A DNA stretch of 64,000 nt from Lama guanicoe (taxonomy: Eukaryota), in NCBI GenBank assembly GCA_013239625.1, contig MU053379.1:4545229-4609228 (forward strand), written 5' to 3'. Below the pieces are notes generated by a model. It ran no database searches, was not told where the DNA came from, and worked only from the letters and a program-made list of their open reading frames with translations. Positions 50,601 through 62,860 of the stretch are shown piece after piece (the first letter of the stretch is position 1; the number at the start of each line of letters is the position of its first letter). The translations under genes and the position numbers were made by a program.

Positions 50601-53600
50601 ACCCCTAAGGAAAGCACCTACTGCAACTGGAATTGGCAGGTACTTCCTTATTGTGAAAAACAGAACATTTAATCCAAGAAAGTACTGACCTATTAATTTG
50701 TTAGATCTTAATTAAATTGCCATTGCTTATGATAAGCTCTATTCAAATACAGACACAACATTCTGAAATGCTACTTCCAAAGCTTTCTTACTGTGAACTC
50801 TAAGTACCACTCACAGTAAGTTCTTACAGCCCAGAAGCTTTACTGATTTCACCATCTAATCAAATAGATGCAAAGGGAGAGCCAAAAGACAGACCACAGG
50901 CCTCCTCTAGCTGGGTGGTCCTGCACGCTGGCTGCAGCCCACTCCCGGGTCATACCTGGCTTCTTGGCATCTCAAAAAATCCCAGTTTGGCTATTATATT
51001 CCCAGCCACTCTATAACTCACAGAAATAGAAAGACATTTGAAAAAATTTTTAAGTAGAATTACAAGTTTAAATTTTTTTAAACTTGTAGATAAAAGTTTA
51101 GAGATTGAAAATTAACCAAAATCAGGAGGTTAAGGAGAAAATGCACTGTTATATGGACCATGCAAAATTCTTCGTTTTTAGCAGAACTGATAGATGTTAT
51201 CTAAAATTAATACAGTAGGTAGTGTAACTACTCTAAGATTATTTTGAATTATGCCAGTAACCACCAGAGGAATCAAAAAACGCTAAGAACGGTTCCTTCT
51301 GCTGAGTAAGGCTTAGCAGAGTGAGGACTCCGGGAAAACTTCCCTTTTCAACTGAAACCCTCTGTACTCCGAGCATTTTCCTACCTATGTCGCTGCCACA
51401 TTGACTATAAACACGTATTTAAGAAAACACAGAGGAAAGCAATGTGAACCCCCGTCACTGTTACCTCCGCTCTTGAAACCAGACAAGAGGACAAGACAGT
51501 GTCTGCACCCGCCTGCACCCAGGTCTCTCCGGCAGGACCAACCAGCACCTGCGGCAGGTCACGCGCTGGGGGAGCTGCTGGACCCCCAAGAAAAAGGCGG
51601 GCTCCCCGGGGCTGACACTCCAGGGCCACGCGCCGCCCGTCCTCCCCACCCCTGAACAAACGTGCACCCTGCAGGCCCCCAAGAGTGAGAGTACGTGGCG
51701 AACACGGCAAAGAGCAAACAGGAAAAGGACAGCCTGCAACCGTTCATCATCTGATACACAAACCGTAACACCAAAGTCAGAACGCCCAAGGACGGCAGCT
51801 AACAGCAACACAGCTGGTGCCACTTGGGCGGCGGCACGCTGACGCCTGGCTCAGTCCTCTCAAGCCTGACAGCACTTTCCCTCCCTCTGCCCCTTCGAGC
51901 CGAGCAGAAGCTCTGAGTGTCATTTACCGGGCCAGGGCGCCCAACTAATCCACCACAACCTGTATCTGGTATTCCCGTGCGTAACAGCAAAGGCAACTGT
52001 AACTCATCCATAAGAGACGCCACGTAAAACACAATTACTCCATTCCTCATCACATAGGAAATACCTAATTCTCATACCGCACCACCTGTCTCTAAGCAAA
52101 TCTGAGCGTAGTCATTTCTAAGTCCACTCTGCCTTTGAATCTCTACTGTAACTGAGCAGACCCAAGCGCTTTATGAATGCTATCCCATGCCCCAGCATAT
52201 TTTGGCAAAATTTTAAACACAATCTTTGTCACAATAACGCCGAGTGAAGAAAACGCTGACAATTAATGGCCTGCTGTGCTTGAGAAACACCCCCAATTTT
52301 CACAAGCAGCTAAGAGATCATAAGCTCACAATTATCTCAAGACAACCCCAGAGTCTTTCTTTACCTTTACTTTGACACTGCCAGATTTCTGGCTTTTTCA
52401 CAAGCTTTGAGACTGGGGAACATTCACGAGCAAGAGAAGGCAGATTAACCACCCAGGACGTCTTCCCACCGTCGGTTTTAAGCCACTCTTCCATGTGCGC
52501 TGGGCAGTGCATCCTCAACGTGGCCTCCCACATCGAGATGGAGAGGGCAGTGAGGGGCCTTGGAAATGCAGTTACCTGCTGTCAGACCCCGGTCAGCTTA
52601 AGACTCTATTAGCAATCATGAGATGCTAAATTAGAATTTGAAACTAACTATAAAACTCAATAGCTCATCTCTGGAAACAAATGAAATTGAAACACAACTC
52701 TCATGGTGGTAGTTTTGCTGTACTACGCTAAGCCAGCAGAAAGAGTAAGTTTTAATTTAATTCCACAACTACAAAAACACACACAGCTTAACCGTCCTTC
52801 ATGCAGAAGGACAGCAACACACAACCTCGGTCCTTGTGACAGCTGGTCCCCGGGCGGCTCCTCTCCTGGGGGAAGGAGCACTGACATCTCGCAGACAGGC
52901 ATGGACTTGGACCTGTGTCTCACACACAGGAGGAAAACACAACTGACTTTTTCTCTGGAGCATACAAAGCACTTTTTCACCCAATTTTACTGAAAGCAAG
53001 AGGAAAGAGCTACAGAAGAGCAGTGAGAAAAGAACACAGCATTGCACCAAACTAGCGAGGGTGGGGGATCAACACTGAGTGCAGGGGATCAGCCCTAACA
53101 GGGCTCACCTGCAGCGGGAACGAGTCTGCAGTGGGAAGCGCCTGCAGCCGGCTGAGCACCCTGTCTCGGTGGCCTCTTTGGAGCACTGGCACCAGCTCTT
53201 AAACATGTGGGCTCAGTGACACTGCTGACCCTCCCGTGGTGGGTTTGGTTAAGTAAGGAGCCTGACACGAAGACGGACGACACCGCGGTTTAAAGGGCAA
53301 CAAGCAGATGGGACTCCAGAGCTGAGGGCGCAGGGGCGGGGTGGAGCTGACAGCGTCCCAGCCCGGAAGGCTCACAACGAAGATTCCAAACACCTGAAAT
53401 GCATACAGAACCTGCCCCCCCACTGTAACTGACAGAGAAACTAGGCCAGGTTTGGGGCTTCAAATAATTACGCAACGTTATTAAAGCTCCGAACTCTCAG
53501 TACCCTTCTTCTCCAGGCTGTTCTGGAGCCAAGCATTACTGAAAACACAGTCCTCCACGGTACGAATAACACACGGTGCAGAGCTCTTTCAAAAATTTTA

Positions 53601-55039
53601 TTTCAGTAAAAGACGAGTATCTAGTCCAAAAGGCCTTTAGCTCTGAAGTCCTGGCAAAGCCACTGGGTCTGTCTGGTTCTCCACTTCCCTGATAAACAGC
53701 TGGGGCTGACAGTTCTGATCAGTATACTCATTAACATGTCCTAGTCCCCATCTTCATCGACCCCACGCGTTTTACAAGCACGTACTAACGGAGCCCTCAC
53801 TCACTACGGGATATCCTACTGTTACCCCAATTTATAGCAGGGTCGGGGGGTGCAAAGGAGCTGCCCCAGATCCCAAAGCGAGGATAATAAACTGACCTGC
53901 TGGAGCCAGGTCAGACCCAGGATGCAACGACCTTCGTGCAAACTAAGTGTGACCGGAGAGGATGAAAGCCTTCCTCTGCGGCCGGACAGAGAAACAGGTA
54001 ATCAATAGTCAAGGAGGAAAAAACGTTTCTCTGAAGACAAAGTCTTTTCAAAATCCTTTGAGAATTACTGACTCAAGATTTGGCCCAGTTTCACAAAAAC
54101 AATAACGCAACACCTCTTCATAGAAAGGAATGCTCCCTGGACAAGCATCAGGTGCTGCAAGGCGCTTTCCTCTGCCAATCGCAGACTGTCCTCCAGGGAC
54201 GCACCTCCGGACTTGAAATACGCTGTGCTATTAAGATCACCTCCGGCAGGAGGTGCTATGACATTCGAGTTTATCTGAACACGTTTTAACTGTGTTGTTT
54301 ACCCAGAGCAAGGAGTTACTGTTTGCTGTAAGCCTCCAATACTAGGCAGCTCTCCTAAGGTACTGCCATACTTTATTTAAAAGGGGAAGAAATCTATGGT
54401 ACACGCTATAAGCCAAATCACACATCACATGAGAAATCTAGAAACCAGCTGGGAAAAGTGCTCTGCGAGGTTCTAGAGGACAGGGCCCCTTAACCCCTCC
54501 GCATCTTCGCATCCTGCACCATGCGCACCGCGTGAAACCTGCATTTGCGCACTGCCTGCAGCTGGTCAACGACGTGAAGTATTTCGAGCAAAAGAATGAA
54601 GGCGGCAAACAAGCTGGTAACAAACCGAACTTGTACAGAAATAAAACTCTGTTTAATGATGTAACAGTTAAGCACGGACCTCCGGTCCTTCTCAAAACAA
54701 ACACAGAGCTCTTGGTGTCGGCAGAGGACCTTGCACTTTCAAAAGGAAAAACAAAAAACCACCGCGAATTTTCTGCCTCTCGTCCTAAACAGCTGAATCA
54801 TTCGCACACTCCACCGCCCAGCATTCTTCCAACAACTGTCGGTGCAGGCTCTGCTCTGTGGGAAGCCCGAATTCAAGACCTTCCCTGGGAAATGAACGCG
54901 GTCCCCAAAGGCGCAGCCTTAAAGGGGAGCCGCGTTATCCCGAGACCAACAGGAGGCCTGGGTATCACGTCAAGCTCCAGCGAAGGAAACACGCTGATTG
55001 GGGAAAACCTGTCGTCGCTTCCACGGACACTACTAACGC

Positions 55040-55900
55040 GTACTTGGCGCACAGGGTGGCGGGATGCGGGCGCCGCGGCCCCACCGCCCGCCCGACTCCC
55101 CCAGACAGACGCGGGCGTTGGGGCGGGGGTCTCGGACGCCTCACGCCCACACGGGTCTCCCGAGCGTCGCGGTTCATTCGTGGCGAAATGAACAAACCGA
55201 TGTGGTCGCGGCGGGGAGGGTCAGGCACACCCGCGCTGCCGCGGACCCGCGAAGCCGTGGGACCCCCCGCCAGCGCGGGGCCCGAGGGGGGCGTCGGGGG
55301 TTCCACGGGCCCTAGGAGAGCCCTGGAGGGCGGGCGGGGCCTGAGGGCCCCTGGGGCGTTCCGTGTGGCGCGTGGGGGCTTCCGGGGCCCTAGGGGAGCC
55401 CTGGAGGGCGGGCGGGGGCTGAGGGCTCCTGGTTGTTCCGAGGGATCCAGAGGAGGCGTGGGGGGGAGGGGCGCCGGCCCGGGATGGAGACCCCCCTCAG
55501 GGCACGCGCGACCCGGCACTCACCCGAACAGCCCTCGAAGAAAGGAATGGGAGGCCTTGACTCGCTTCTCGGCCTCCGCCATCAGCTGCACCGCCTCTCG
55601 CTCCTTCCCCGCGGTGTCCATGTCGTCTGCGCGGCGGCCTCAACAACCTCCTCCCCCGCCGACGCGCGCCCAGCGCCTCCAGCGCCTCCCCGAACTCTCG
55701 CGGTGGCGGGACGCGCAGGCGCGGCGCGCAGCCTGTCGGGAGTTTCAGTCCCGGCCGCTCCCGGGAGCGCCTCTCGCGGCGGAAAGGTGCGCATGAGCGG
55801 CGCATAGCCTATCGGGAGTTGTAGTCCAGGCCGCGGCCGGGGGATGGGAGTGTACGAGGCGTCAGCTACAGCTGCCAGAACGCTGCAGAGCCGGGCTGGC
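55040..55900 (-). promoter_or_regulatory. NAPB: CpG island / NAPB promoter
   Basis: CpG-rich around exon 1. ZNF143/THAP11-type GACTACAACTCCCGA at 55812-55827 (reverse). NRF1-like TGCGCATG at 55788. Confidence 0.85.
55524..55621 (-). CDS. NAPB: NAPB exon 1 coding part ([33 protein letters not shown])
   Basis: ATG at 55621. Donor GG|GTGAGT. Confidence 0.97.
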
Positions 55901-56326
55901 TTCAGGGGCTTGGGGGCTGGGGTCCCGACCTTCTGTAGGGCCCTCGGCCTAGGAGAACGTTTATCGTTTTAAGGATGCGGGAAATGGAAAGGGGCCCGTG
56001 GCTTCCATGGAAGACGGCTTCAAACCCAAGCATCACGTTGGTTCAGGAGTCCCCGCCCAGCACGACTGAGCGTGGTCAGGGGACGGACGAGGACTCGGGG
56101 ACGCGGGGATAACGGGATGGAGGGCGCGGCAGGTGGCAGGATGGAATGCCCCACTGCGCGCGAATTCCCCGAGCGTGGTCTAAGGTGGCCCGGCCGTGGT
56201 AAGCAGCTGCACTGACCTTGCGATGCCCGGCTACCAACCCTCCAGCTGCAGCAGCAGGAGGGGCCACGTTTATCTCGAGCAAGGCCTTTAACGAGGAAGC
56301 ATTTGTACCAATATAAATTCAATATA

Positions 56327-56698
56327 AAAATACCATACGATATCACTTATATGTGGAATCTTAAAAAAATAACACAAATAACTCATCTGCAAAACAGAAA
56401 CAGACTCACAGACGTAGAAAATAAACTTGCGGTTACCAGGGGGAAAGAGGGGAAGGGATAAACTGGGAGTTTGGAATTTGCAGATACACACTACTATATA
56501 TAAAATAGGTAAACTACAAGGTCATACTGTAGAGCACAGGGAACTATATTCAATACCTTGTAATAGTGAAAAAGAATATGAGAAGGAGTGTATATGTGTA
56601 ACTGAACCACTATGCTGTACACAAGAAACTAACACAGTGCTGTAAATCGACTATACTTCAATTAAAAAATACTAACGTTAATCTAAAAAAAATAAAAT
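56327..56698 (+). mobile_element. 5'-truncated cetartiodactyl-type L1 3' end
   Basis: ATCACTTATATGTGGAATCTTAAAAAAA...AGCACAGGGAACTATATTCAATACCTTGTAAT...TGTAAATCGACTATACTTCAATTAAAAAA. Confidence 0.9.
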
Positions 56699-56739
56699 CA
56701 GAGTTGTTTTTCAGTGCCTGCACATTGCAACTTTGTCAG

Positions 56740-57372
56740 TCTTCACTGGTCATTGAAGACCTGCCTATGTGGGATGTAGGCACAATGGTCTTTTGTTGAC
56801 TGCATTCTTTTCAATGGATGCGAACCAGTGAGGTCCCTCTACATGATGCTGGCCATAGTGTGGAGTGGGTCTCCTGGAACACAGCTCTGCCTGCCAGCAA
56901 GACTTCTAATCTCCCACAAGTATCCATGGATAGATGCTATTGGGTGCCAACGATTTCCAGGCCTGTCCCAGAGGGCGTCATTTTTTAATATAAAGTCTAG
57001 ACCATTTACGTTTGGCAAGGCTAAAGCAGAAGTGGTGAAGCAAATATGAAAATCACTGCCAAGCAAGAACTTGTGACGATTTCAAACTAGTAATAAATGC
57101 ACCGTGGGCACTGGCACACAAAATATAGCTAAGAAGATGAGGCCTGTCTTCAGAGAGGAAGGAAGGAGTCCAGACTCCTAGGCAGAAAGGTAACCACAGC
57201 ATATGTCACAGAGCTCACCCAGTGCAGCCACTCTGGAGACCAAAGGAAACCTCAGCTCCTCTGGCAGAGCTGCTTTCTGTTACTGCAAGCATCACTCTAA
57301 CTCCGAGAAGCTGATCTGGAGCCATACTGGGGAAGAAGTCATTGCACTGAATTTCACCTGTCTCTTTCCCAT
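56740..57372 (-). pseudogene. Tentative highly decayed coding remnant (EXTL2-like?)
   Basis: Perfect Kozak GCCACCATGG and colinear short peptide resemblances across frameshifts and stops. Matched by eye, so it could be chance. Confidence 0.25.
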
Positions 57373-57554
57373 GGTGGCGTATTCGGGCTTCATCACGTCT
57401 CACTGTTTCAAAAATACTGAGGTCTGTCCCAGAATGCAGGGTGGGCTTTCCCAGGGGTGGTCACACAGATGCCGGCTTCTTGAGGGTGTGGAGCCAGCGT
57501 CTCCTGGCGCTCAGCACAGCCAGCAGCGAGGGACTGGACCTGGAAATGCCCATG

Positions 57555-58200
57555 GTGCTCGTTGCCTACGAGGTCTGTGTTTGCGCCTGCCTATTTGCTT
57601 GCATTTATGGGTGACTAGAATCAGTCCTAGGAGCACTTTCGAGGTCATCTGCAGACACGTGCAGGGCAGGAGACACTGGCATGCCCCATGCACACAGGGA
57701 CAAGGCGACCCTCTGCCCTCGTGTTGTAAATGAGTGTCCTTCTCGTTTTTCACATTTTTGTACGTTCTGTTGGTGACTTTGCTATTTAATTGGCCCCAAA
57801 CCCAGTGCTGAAGTGCTGTCTAGTCCCTGAGGCAAGAAGGCTGGGCCGTGCCCTCAGGAGGAAGCCTGGCTGTCAGATGAGCCTTGTGCAGCCTTGAGTT
57901 ACAGAGCTGTCACCAGTGAGTCAGCCAGTGAGTCAACTGTATGTCAAGTAAAACGATATGTGTCATATACAAGAAGGCACATATTGACACAGTGTAACTG
58001 ACTATACCTCAATTAAAAAGTAAAATTTAATTTAAAAAAAAGAAGGTACATATTGATGGGTTGACAAAATGTGAGCACTCAGGGGAAGCAAACCGCATTT
58101 CCAGATGGGGCGGGGGTAGGCAATGGTTCCGTTCTTGTTAATTCAGGGTCTGCACTGACTTTCTAGAACATTCCTGCCTTGGACAGTGAGCGCTGACGAC
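57555..58200 (+). mobile_element. MER82-like Tigger element
   Basis: AACCCAGTGCTGAAGTGCTGTCTAGT...GCAAGAAGGCTG and GCAATGGTTCCGTTCTTGTTAATTCAG. Confidence 0.7.
57988..58039 (+). mobile_element. About 52-bp L1 3' tail insertion with 17-bp TSD
   Basis: AAGAAGGCACATATTGA ... TGTAACTGACTATACCTCAATTAAAAAG...AAAA ... AAGAAGGTACATATTGA. Confidence 0.8.
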
Positions 58201-60049
58201 ACTCGGAGGCTGCCTGGACAAAGACAATGGAATGAATTCAGATCATAGTCTTTCCCAGTCCCTAAAAGTAGGCAAAAAAAAGGGAAAACCTAGCAACTCG
58301 TCCCCAGATTAAGACAGGGGAATCACCCTGTGTCAGGCCTCCCTCACCCCCTGTCCTCCTGGAGCTGTCTGCCCTGCGGTGCAGACCTGTGCGGACTCCA
58401 TCAGAGGGGCCACAGCCTCGAACTTCCTGTTGTGTTTGGCCAGTAAGGTGCGCGGTCTGAGGTGGAGGGCAGAAGGGAGAGGGGTGGTGCTGTTCCCCGG
58501 ACCCCACGGGGAGGCCGTCCTGCAGCAGATGACGGTCCTGTGCCCCGGCTCCCTAGCACCTGCAGCGTTGTGGGTGTCCGTAAATAAACCTTCCTGTTGC
58601 CAGTGTGTCCCGCTGACCGTGCTGCCCAGCTCCTTGTCTGAGGCTGGCATAACCTTGAAACCCAGACCAGAAAGTGCCAGCACGAGAAAGGGCAATCTGG
58701 GGCCAGTCTCACTTGTGAACACAGACACAAAAATTCTGAACAAAAATTAGCAAGCACACCATGCACAAAACTTGATAGTTACAGGCACAGAAGTGTTGTG
58801 CGAAACTTTAAGACTTCTAGAAGCTTTAAATGAAAATACAGGAAGGTAGCTTTATGGCCTTGGTTTCCTAAATAGACAGCAACCCTGCAAACCACAGGAG
58901 AGAAAATCGATAGAGCCACCCCTTTAAGACTAAAGCTTTGTTTTCACCAACTCAGCACAACGCAAGTGAAAGGACAAACACAATCCAGAAAAGGAGCGCA
59001 CACACCCCCAAAATAACTGTTTTAAGGACGAGGACGGTCTACAAATCAGCGGAAGACAAGCAGCCGCCCAGAAGACGCGGGCAGTGGGCTTGCACGCGAG
59101 GGCTTGAAGGTGACCCCAGAGTCTCGTCCCCTTCAGCTCTGGCCGCTCGCTGGCCCGGGAGGACGGCGTCTGTCTACGGGAACCCGGAAAGACAGCAGAG
59201 GAAGTAGAGGCAGGTTACTGTCAGCCTGAGGAGCCCGGTGCCTGCTGGGGCCTTCGGGGTGATGCCAGCGCCCAACCATCCGGGGCACCGGCCCGTTATG
59301 GCCGGCGCTGTGCTGCTGGCCTGCTCCCGGGACCGCAGGCGTCTCCAGCCAAGGCCAGCCCCGTCCTTCTGCGGCAGCCCAGGGACCCGGGCCGGGCAGT
59401 GCCCCCGCCAGACCCCGGCGTGAGGGACATGCGCGCCGTTCCTTGTTAGGCTCGTCAGGGCGGCTCTCAGATAGACTGGCGCCCTGCCCGGGTTAGGTCC
59501 AGGTCGGCAGTCAGTCTAGAGCCGGGCTGTTTACGGGACAGGGAAGAGCTTATCACGCACAGTGCCGCCCAAGCACACCCGCACACGGAATCCACACAGC
59601 AAGGCAGTGGAGAGAGGAGCCCAGAGGAGGCCAGGCCCGGCTGTCGGCATATTTGTTCTCCCAGAGTGAGGGGGAGAGGCTGGGAGGACGCAAGTCACAA
59701 AGAGGACGTCACAGTGACCGGCTCCCTGCCTGGGGGGAGCAGAGAGGGTGGAGGCCGCTGGAAGTGGCCCGGAGCCCCAGGGCATCCCACCTGCCCCCCT
59801 CCTGGTGCTGGAGGCCCCCCTCCTTACTGAGATAGCTGAGGCCTGCTTCCCCTCCCTGGCCCCGCCCTGAGCCCGCTCCTCCGTACCTTTTATAATCTAA
59901 TTTTCACAATCCTCCGAGGGGTTCACCACAGCCCAGTCTTACAGATGAAGAAGCAGACCCAGAAGGTGAAGCCACAGCCAAGCCACAGAGGACAGGCTGC
60001 CCCCGCCCCGCAGTGAGACCAGAGTGGCCAGCCTGGGTGTCCCGACACC

Positions 60050-60330
60050 GCTGTTTTGAGGTGTAACTGGCATACGTTCAGCTGCACAATCTGAAGAGCT
60101 TTGACACGTGGCTCAGGCCTGCAGTCATCACTACAACCCGTATAATGAGCACCTGTGTCACCCACAGCCCCTCGTGCCCCCTGCATTCCCTCGCTCCCGC
60201 CCTCACTCCGCGGGTGTACCCAGGCCCCGTGTTTCCTCTGGTTCCGTGTTGTGACCAGGCCCCGTCTCCCGTTCTTTTACTGACGAGAGCAGGGCCGTGT
60301 TTTTCACTGTCCCATGAACACCGCCAGTGG
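60050..60330 (-). mobile_element. L1M 3' UTR fragment (reverse)
   Basis: CTGTTTTGAGGTGTAACTGGCATACGTTCAGCTGCACAATCTGAAG. Confidence 0.6.
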
Positions 60331-60499
60331 CGCATCCTCACTCCACGGCAACACCGGGCTCCTACTCCCCCCACCCAGGCTGTGCCCGGCAGCACCTGTC
60401 CCCTGTTATCCCGCGGAAGTGAGTCGGCTCTGCTTCCCCTCGTCCCGTGGACGTGACTGGCCAGGGCCTCTGGTTCCGCGCTGCGCCACAGGCACGACC

Positions 60500-61247
60500 C
60501 AGCCCCTGCTGCGAGCTGGCAAGAAATAGCCCTCCTGGTCTTCGCACCCAATTCCAGGCACAGGGCTCCCAGAACCCGTGCAGCTTCCTGGGTGGCAGGA
60601 GTGTCTCCCGTTCTGGTCAGGTGACTCTCAGTGGCTTCTGGGCGGGGGCTGGCCACCCTCTTCTCTTGAGAAGGGCGAAGGGCTGAAAACGGGGTGACAG
60701 TCAATCATGTCCACGAGATGAAGCTGTCATAAAATTCCCCAAGTGTGGGTTCGGGGACCACGGGGCAGCTGGGAGAGTGTGCAGGGGGGCAGGCAGGCTC
60801 TGCGCCTCTTCCCACCTCTGCGCCACGCCCGTGTCCCTCTGGCCGGTCACCTGTGTCCTCTAACAGATCCTTTCGTCACAAACCAGTGGTGAACCTACAT
60901 GCTCCCCGAGTTCTGTGAGGCTCTAGCAGACGCAGTGACCCCACAGAGCCGGTGTGGGGACCTCCGATCTCCAGCGCGTCGGTCAGAGCACAGGTGACAA
61001 GCTGGACTTGCCATTGTCCTCGGAAGCGGGGGAGGCTGGTGGGACTGGGCCTTACCTGTGGGGTCTGACACCATCTCCAGGCAGAACTGAGTTGAATCGC
61101 AAGACATCTGGCTGGGGTCGCAGAGGGTCTCCTGTGGCGAGGACCCCCCCATTTGGTGACCAGAGTGTCCTAAATCGTGTCCAGTGGCAGCAGTAAAGGA
61201 GACCCAGGGGAGAGAGACCCGCAGGGCAGAGCTGGGTTTTCCCCACA
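60500..61247 (+). mobile_element. MER21-like LTR
   Basis: CCAATTCCAGGCACAGGGCTCCCAGAACCC, CCGAGTTCTGTGAGG and GGTCTGACACCATCTCCAGGCAGA...TGAGTTGAAT. Confidence 0.7.
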
Positions 61248-62106
61248 CGGGCAGAAAGCTGAGTTTTCATTTTCACCTGTGTCCCCCTTTCCAAGGAAAC
61301 GTCCAGAGACCTTTCTCCCTAATTCCGTGAACATGTCCAGGCTCCCCATTCGCCTGTCAAAGGGTGTGGTCAGTCCCCTCCTGCTCACTGCAGGGATTTA
61401 ACCAGGCATGTTCCCTCCTTCCCGGATGTGGCCGAGTCCTCACTCTTCTCACCGCGGGAGCCCGGGGGCTCCACTGTCCGCGACTCCACGAAGAAATCAG
61501 GCCTCATACCTTCCCTTCCTGTGGACTTTATCAGTCTCAGTATTCATCCCTTAATTCATGGACACAGGCCCCTATGTCCACCAAGTTTTGTGGACGTGGT
61601 GGCCTCAGTCCCCTCTTAGCTTATGGACATTGAATGGCCACCTGTCCCTGCAGCGTGTTCTGGACAACAGGCGGGTCATTTCCCTTATTCCATGACCTTC
61701 GTCACTGCCCACTTCCCTCCTTCCGCGGACCCATCCAGCCCCCACCCCATTTCCCCCTAAACTGTGGGAACGAGTCTTCCCACTCCGTCTCCCTCCGATG
61801 CAGGGACGGAGCACTGCTCCCGTGGACGTCACCGGCCCTGTTCCTCACCCTCCGTGGACAGGACCAGGATGCTCGGTTCCACCCTTACTCTTGCACAGAA
61901 ACAGCTGTTTTCCCCTTAGTCCATGGATATGGCCAGGACGCCTGCTCCTCCCTTAGCAATGGAGTTGATGAGGCCGCCCATTTCCTCCCGTTTCCTCTCG
62001 TTTCCACGGATGTGTTCGTTCCCCTTCTCGCTTTCCTAAGACGTGACCAGGGCCCTGCTCTCCCCTTGTCCTGTGGGAGTCAGCCCTCCGATTCCCCTAG
62101 TCACGG

Positions 62107-62330
62107 TGCGGCAGCCGAGACAATGCCCCCCAAGACACCCCAACCCCGACCCCGGGAACCTGCGAACAGCACCCTAAAAGCAAGGTGGTGAGGTGCGCAG
62201 ACCATCGTGGGTTTTCCAGACAGGCCCTGAGTGCTGTCCAACATCCGTGCAAGAGGGAGGCAGACAGAAAAGGAGGCCACATGACCACAGAGGCAGAGTC
62301 TGGCTGACGAGACCACGGGCCAAGGACGCC
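62107..62330 (+). mobile_element. MLT1-like MaLR LTR 5' fragment
   Basis: CAATGCCCCCCAAGACACC...CCCGGGAACCTGCGAA and AAGAGGGAGGCAG...GGCCACATGACCACAGAGGCAGAG. Confidence 0.65.
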
Positions 62331-62339
62331 CATCAAACC

Positions 62340-62712
62340 CTCGTCCCGCACCTGCTTTCATCATTAAAGGGAGGAGCGCGGCGGCCAGAAGTAAAGCACG
62401 TCTGTTTGAAGATACAGGTGACCGCCGCCCTCCCTGGGACGCAGAGCTTCCCTCCTTGGGCTCCGCTGTGAGCAGACTCCCTTCCCCGGCGCCTGGCCAC
62501 GCGGACCCGCCGTGTGCGGGCTCACGTCGTTTTGGAAACGGTGAAGGAGGCCACCCTGACTTGTTTGATGTGCTGTGTTCTGATAAGACGTGAAACTGCT
62601 GAAAACCAGGCTTCTCCAGAGCAGCTCCTCGGAGCTACAGTCCTCAGTGCGGCTCGAATAAAACTCTCTTCTATTCTGATTACAGGCTGGTTACTGACTG
62701 TTTGCACGGACA
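62340..62712 (+). mobile_element. ERV1-type LTR 3' part
   Basis: GCTACAGTCCTCAGTGCGGCTCGAATAAAACTCTCTTCTATTC...GACA end. Confidence 0.55.
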
Positions 62713-62860
62713 GTGTCATGCCATCAACTGATCTGCAACTTGATCCACAGTTGGTCAACTGCCCCACAACTGCCCTTTCTCTGGAGCAGAACCCGTTTAG
62801 GATCCCACCTTGCTGAGAGTTCTAAAAGTTGGGGGAGCTCTTATGGGCTTCCGGCACAAG

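Noticed and set aside
54858-55796. 312-aa plus-strand ORF antisense to NAPB exon 1
   Set aside because: CpG-island shadow including the 78-bp duplication, with a GTG start.
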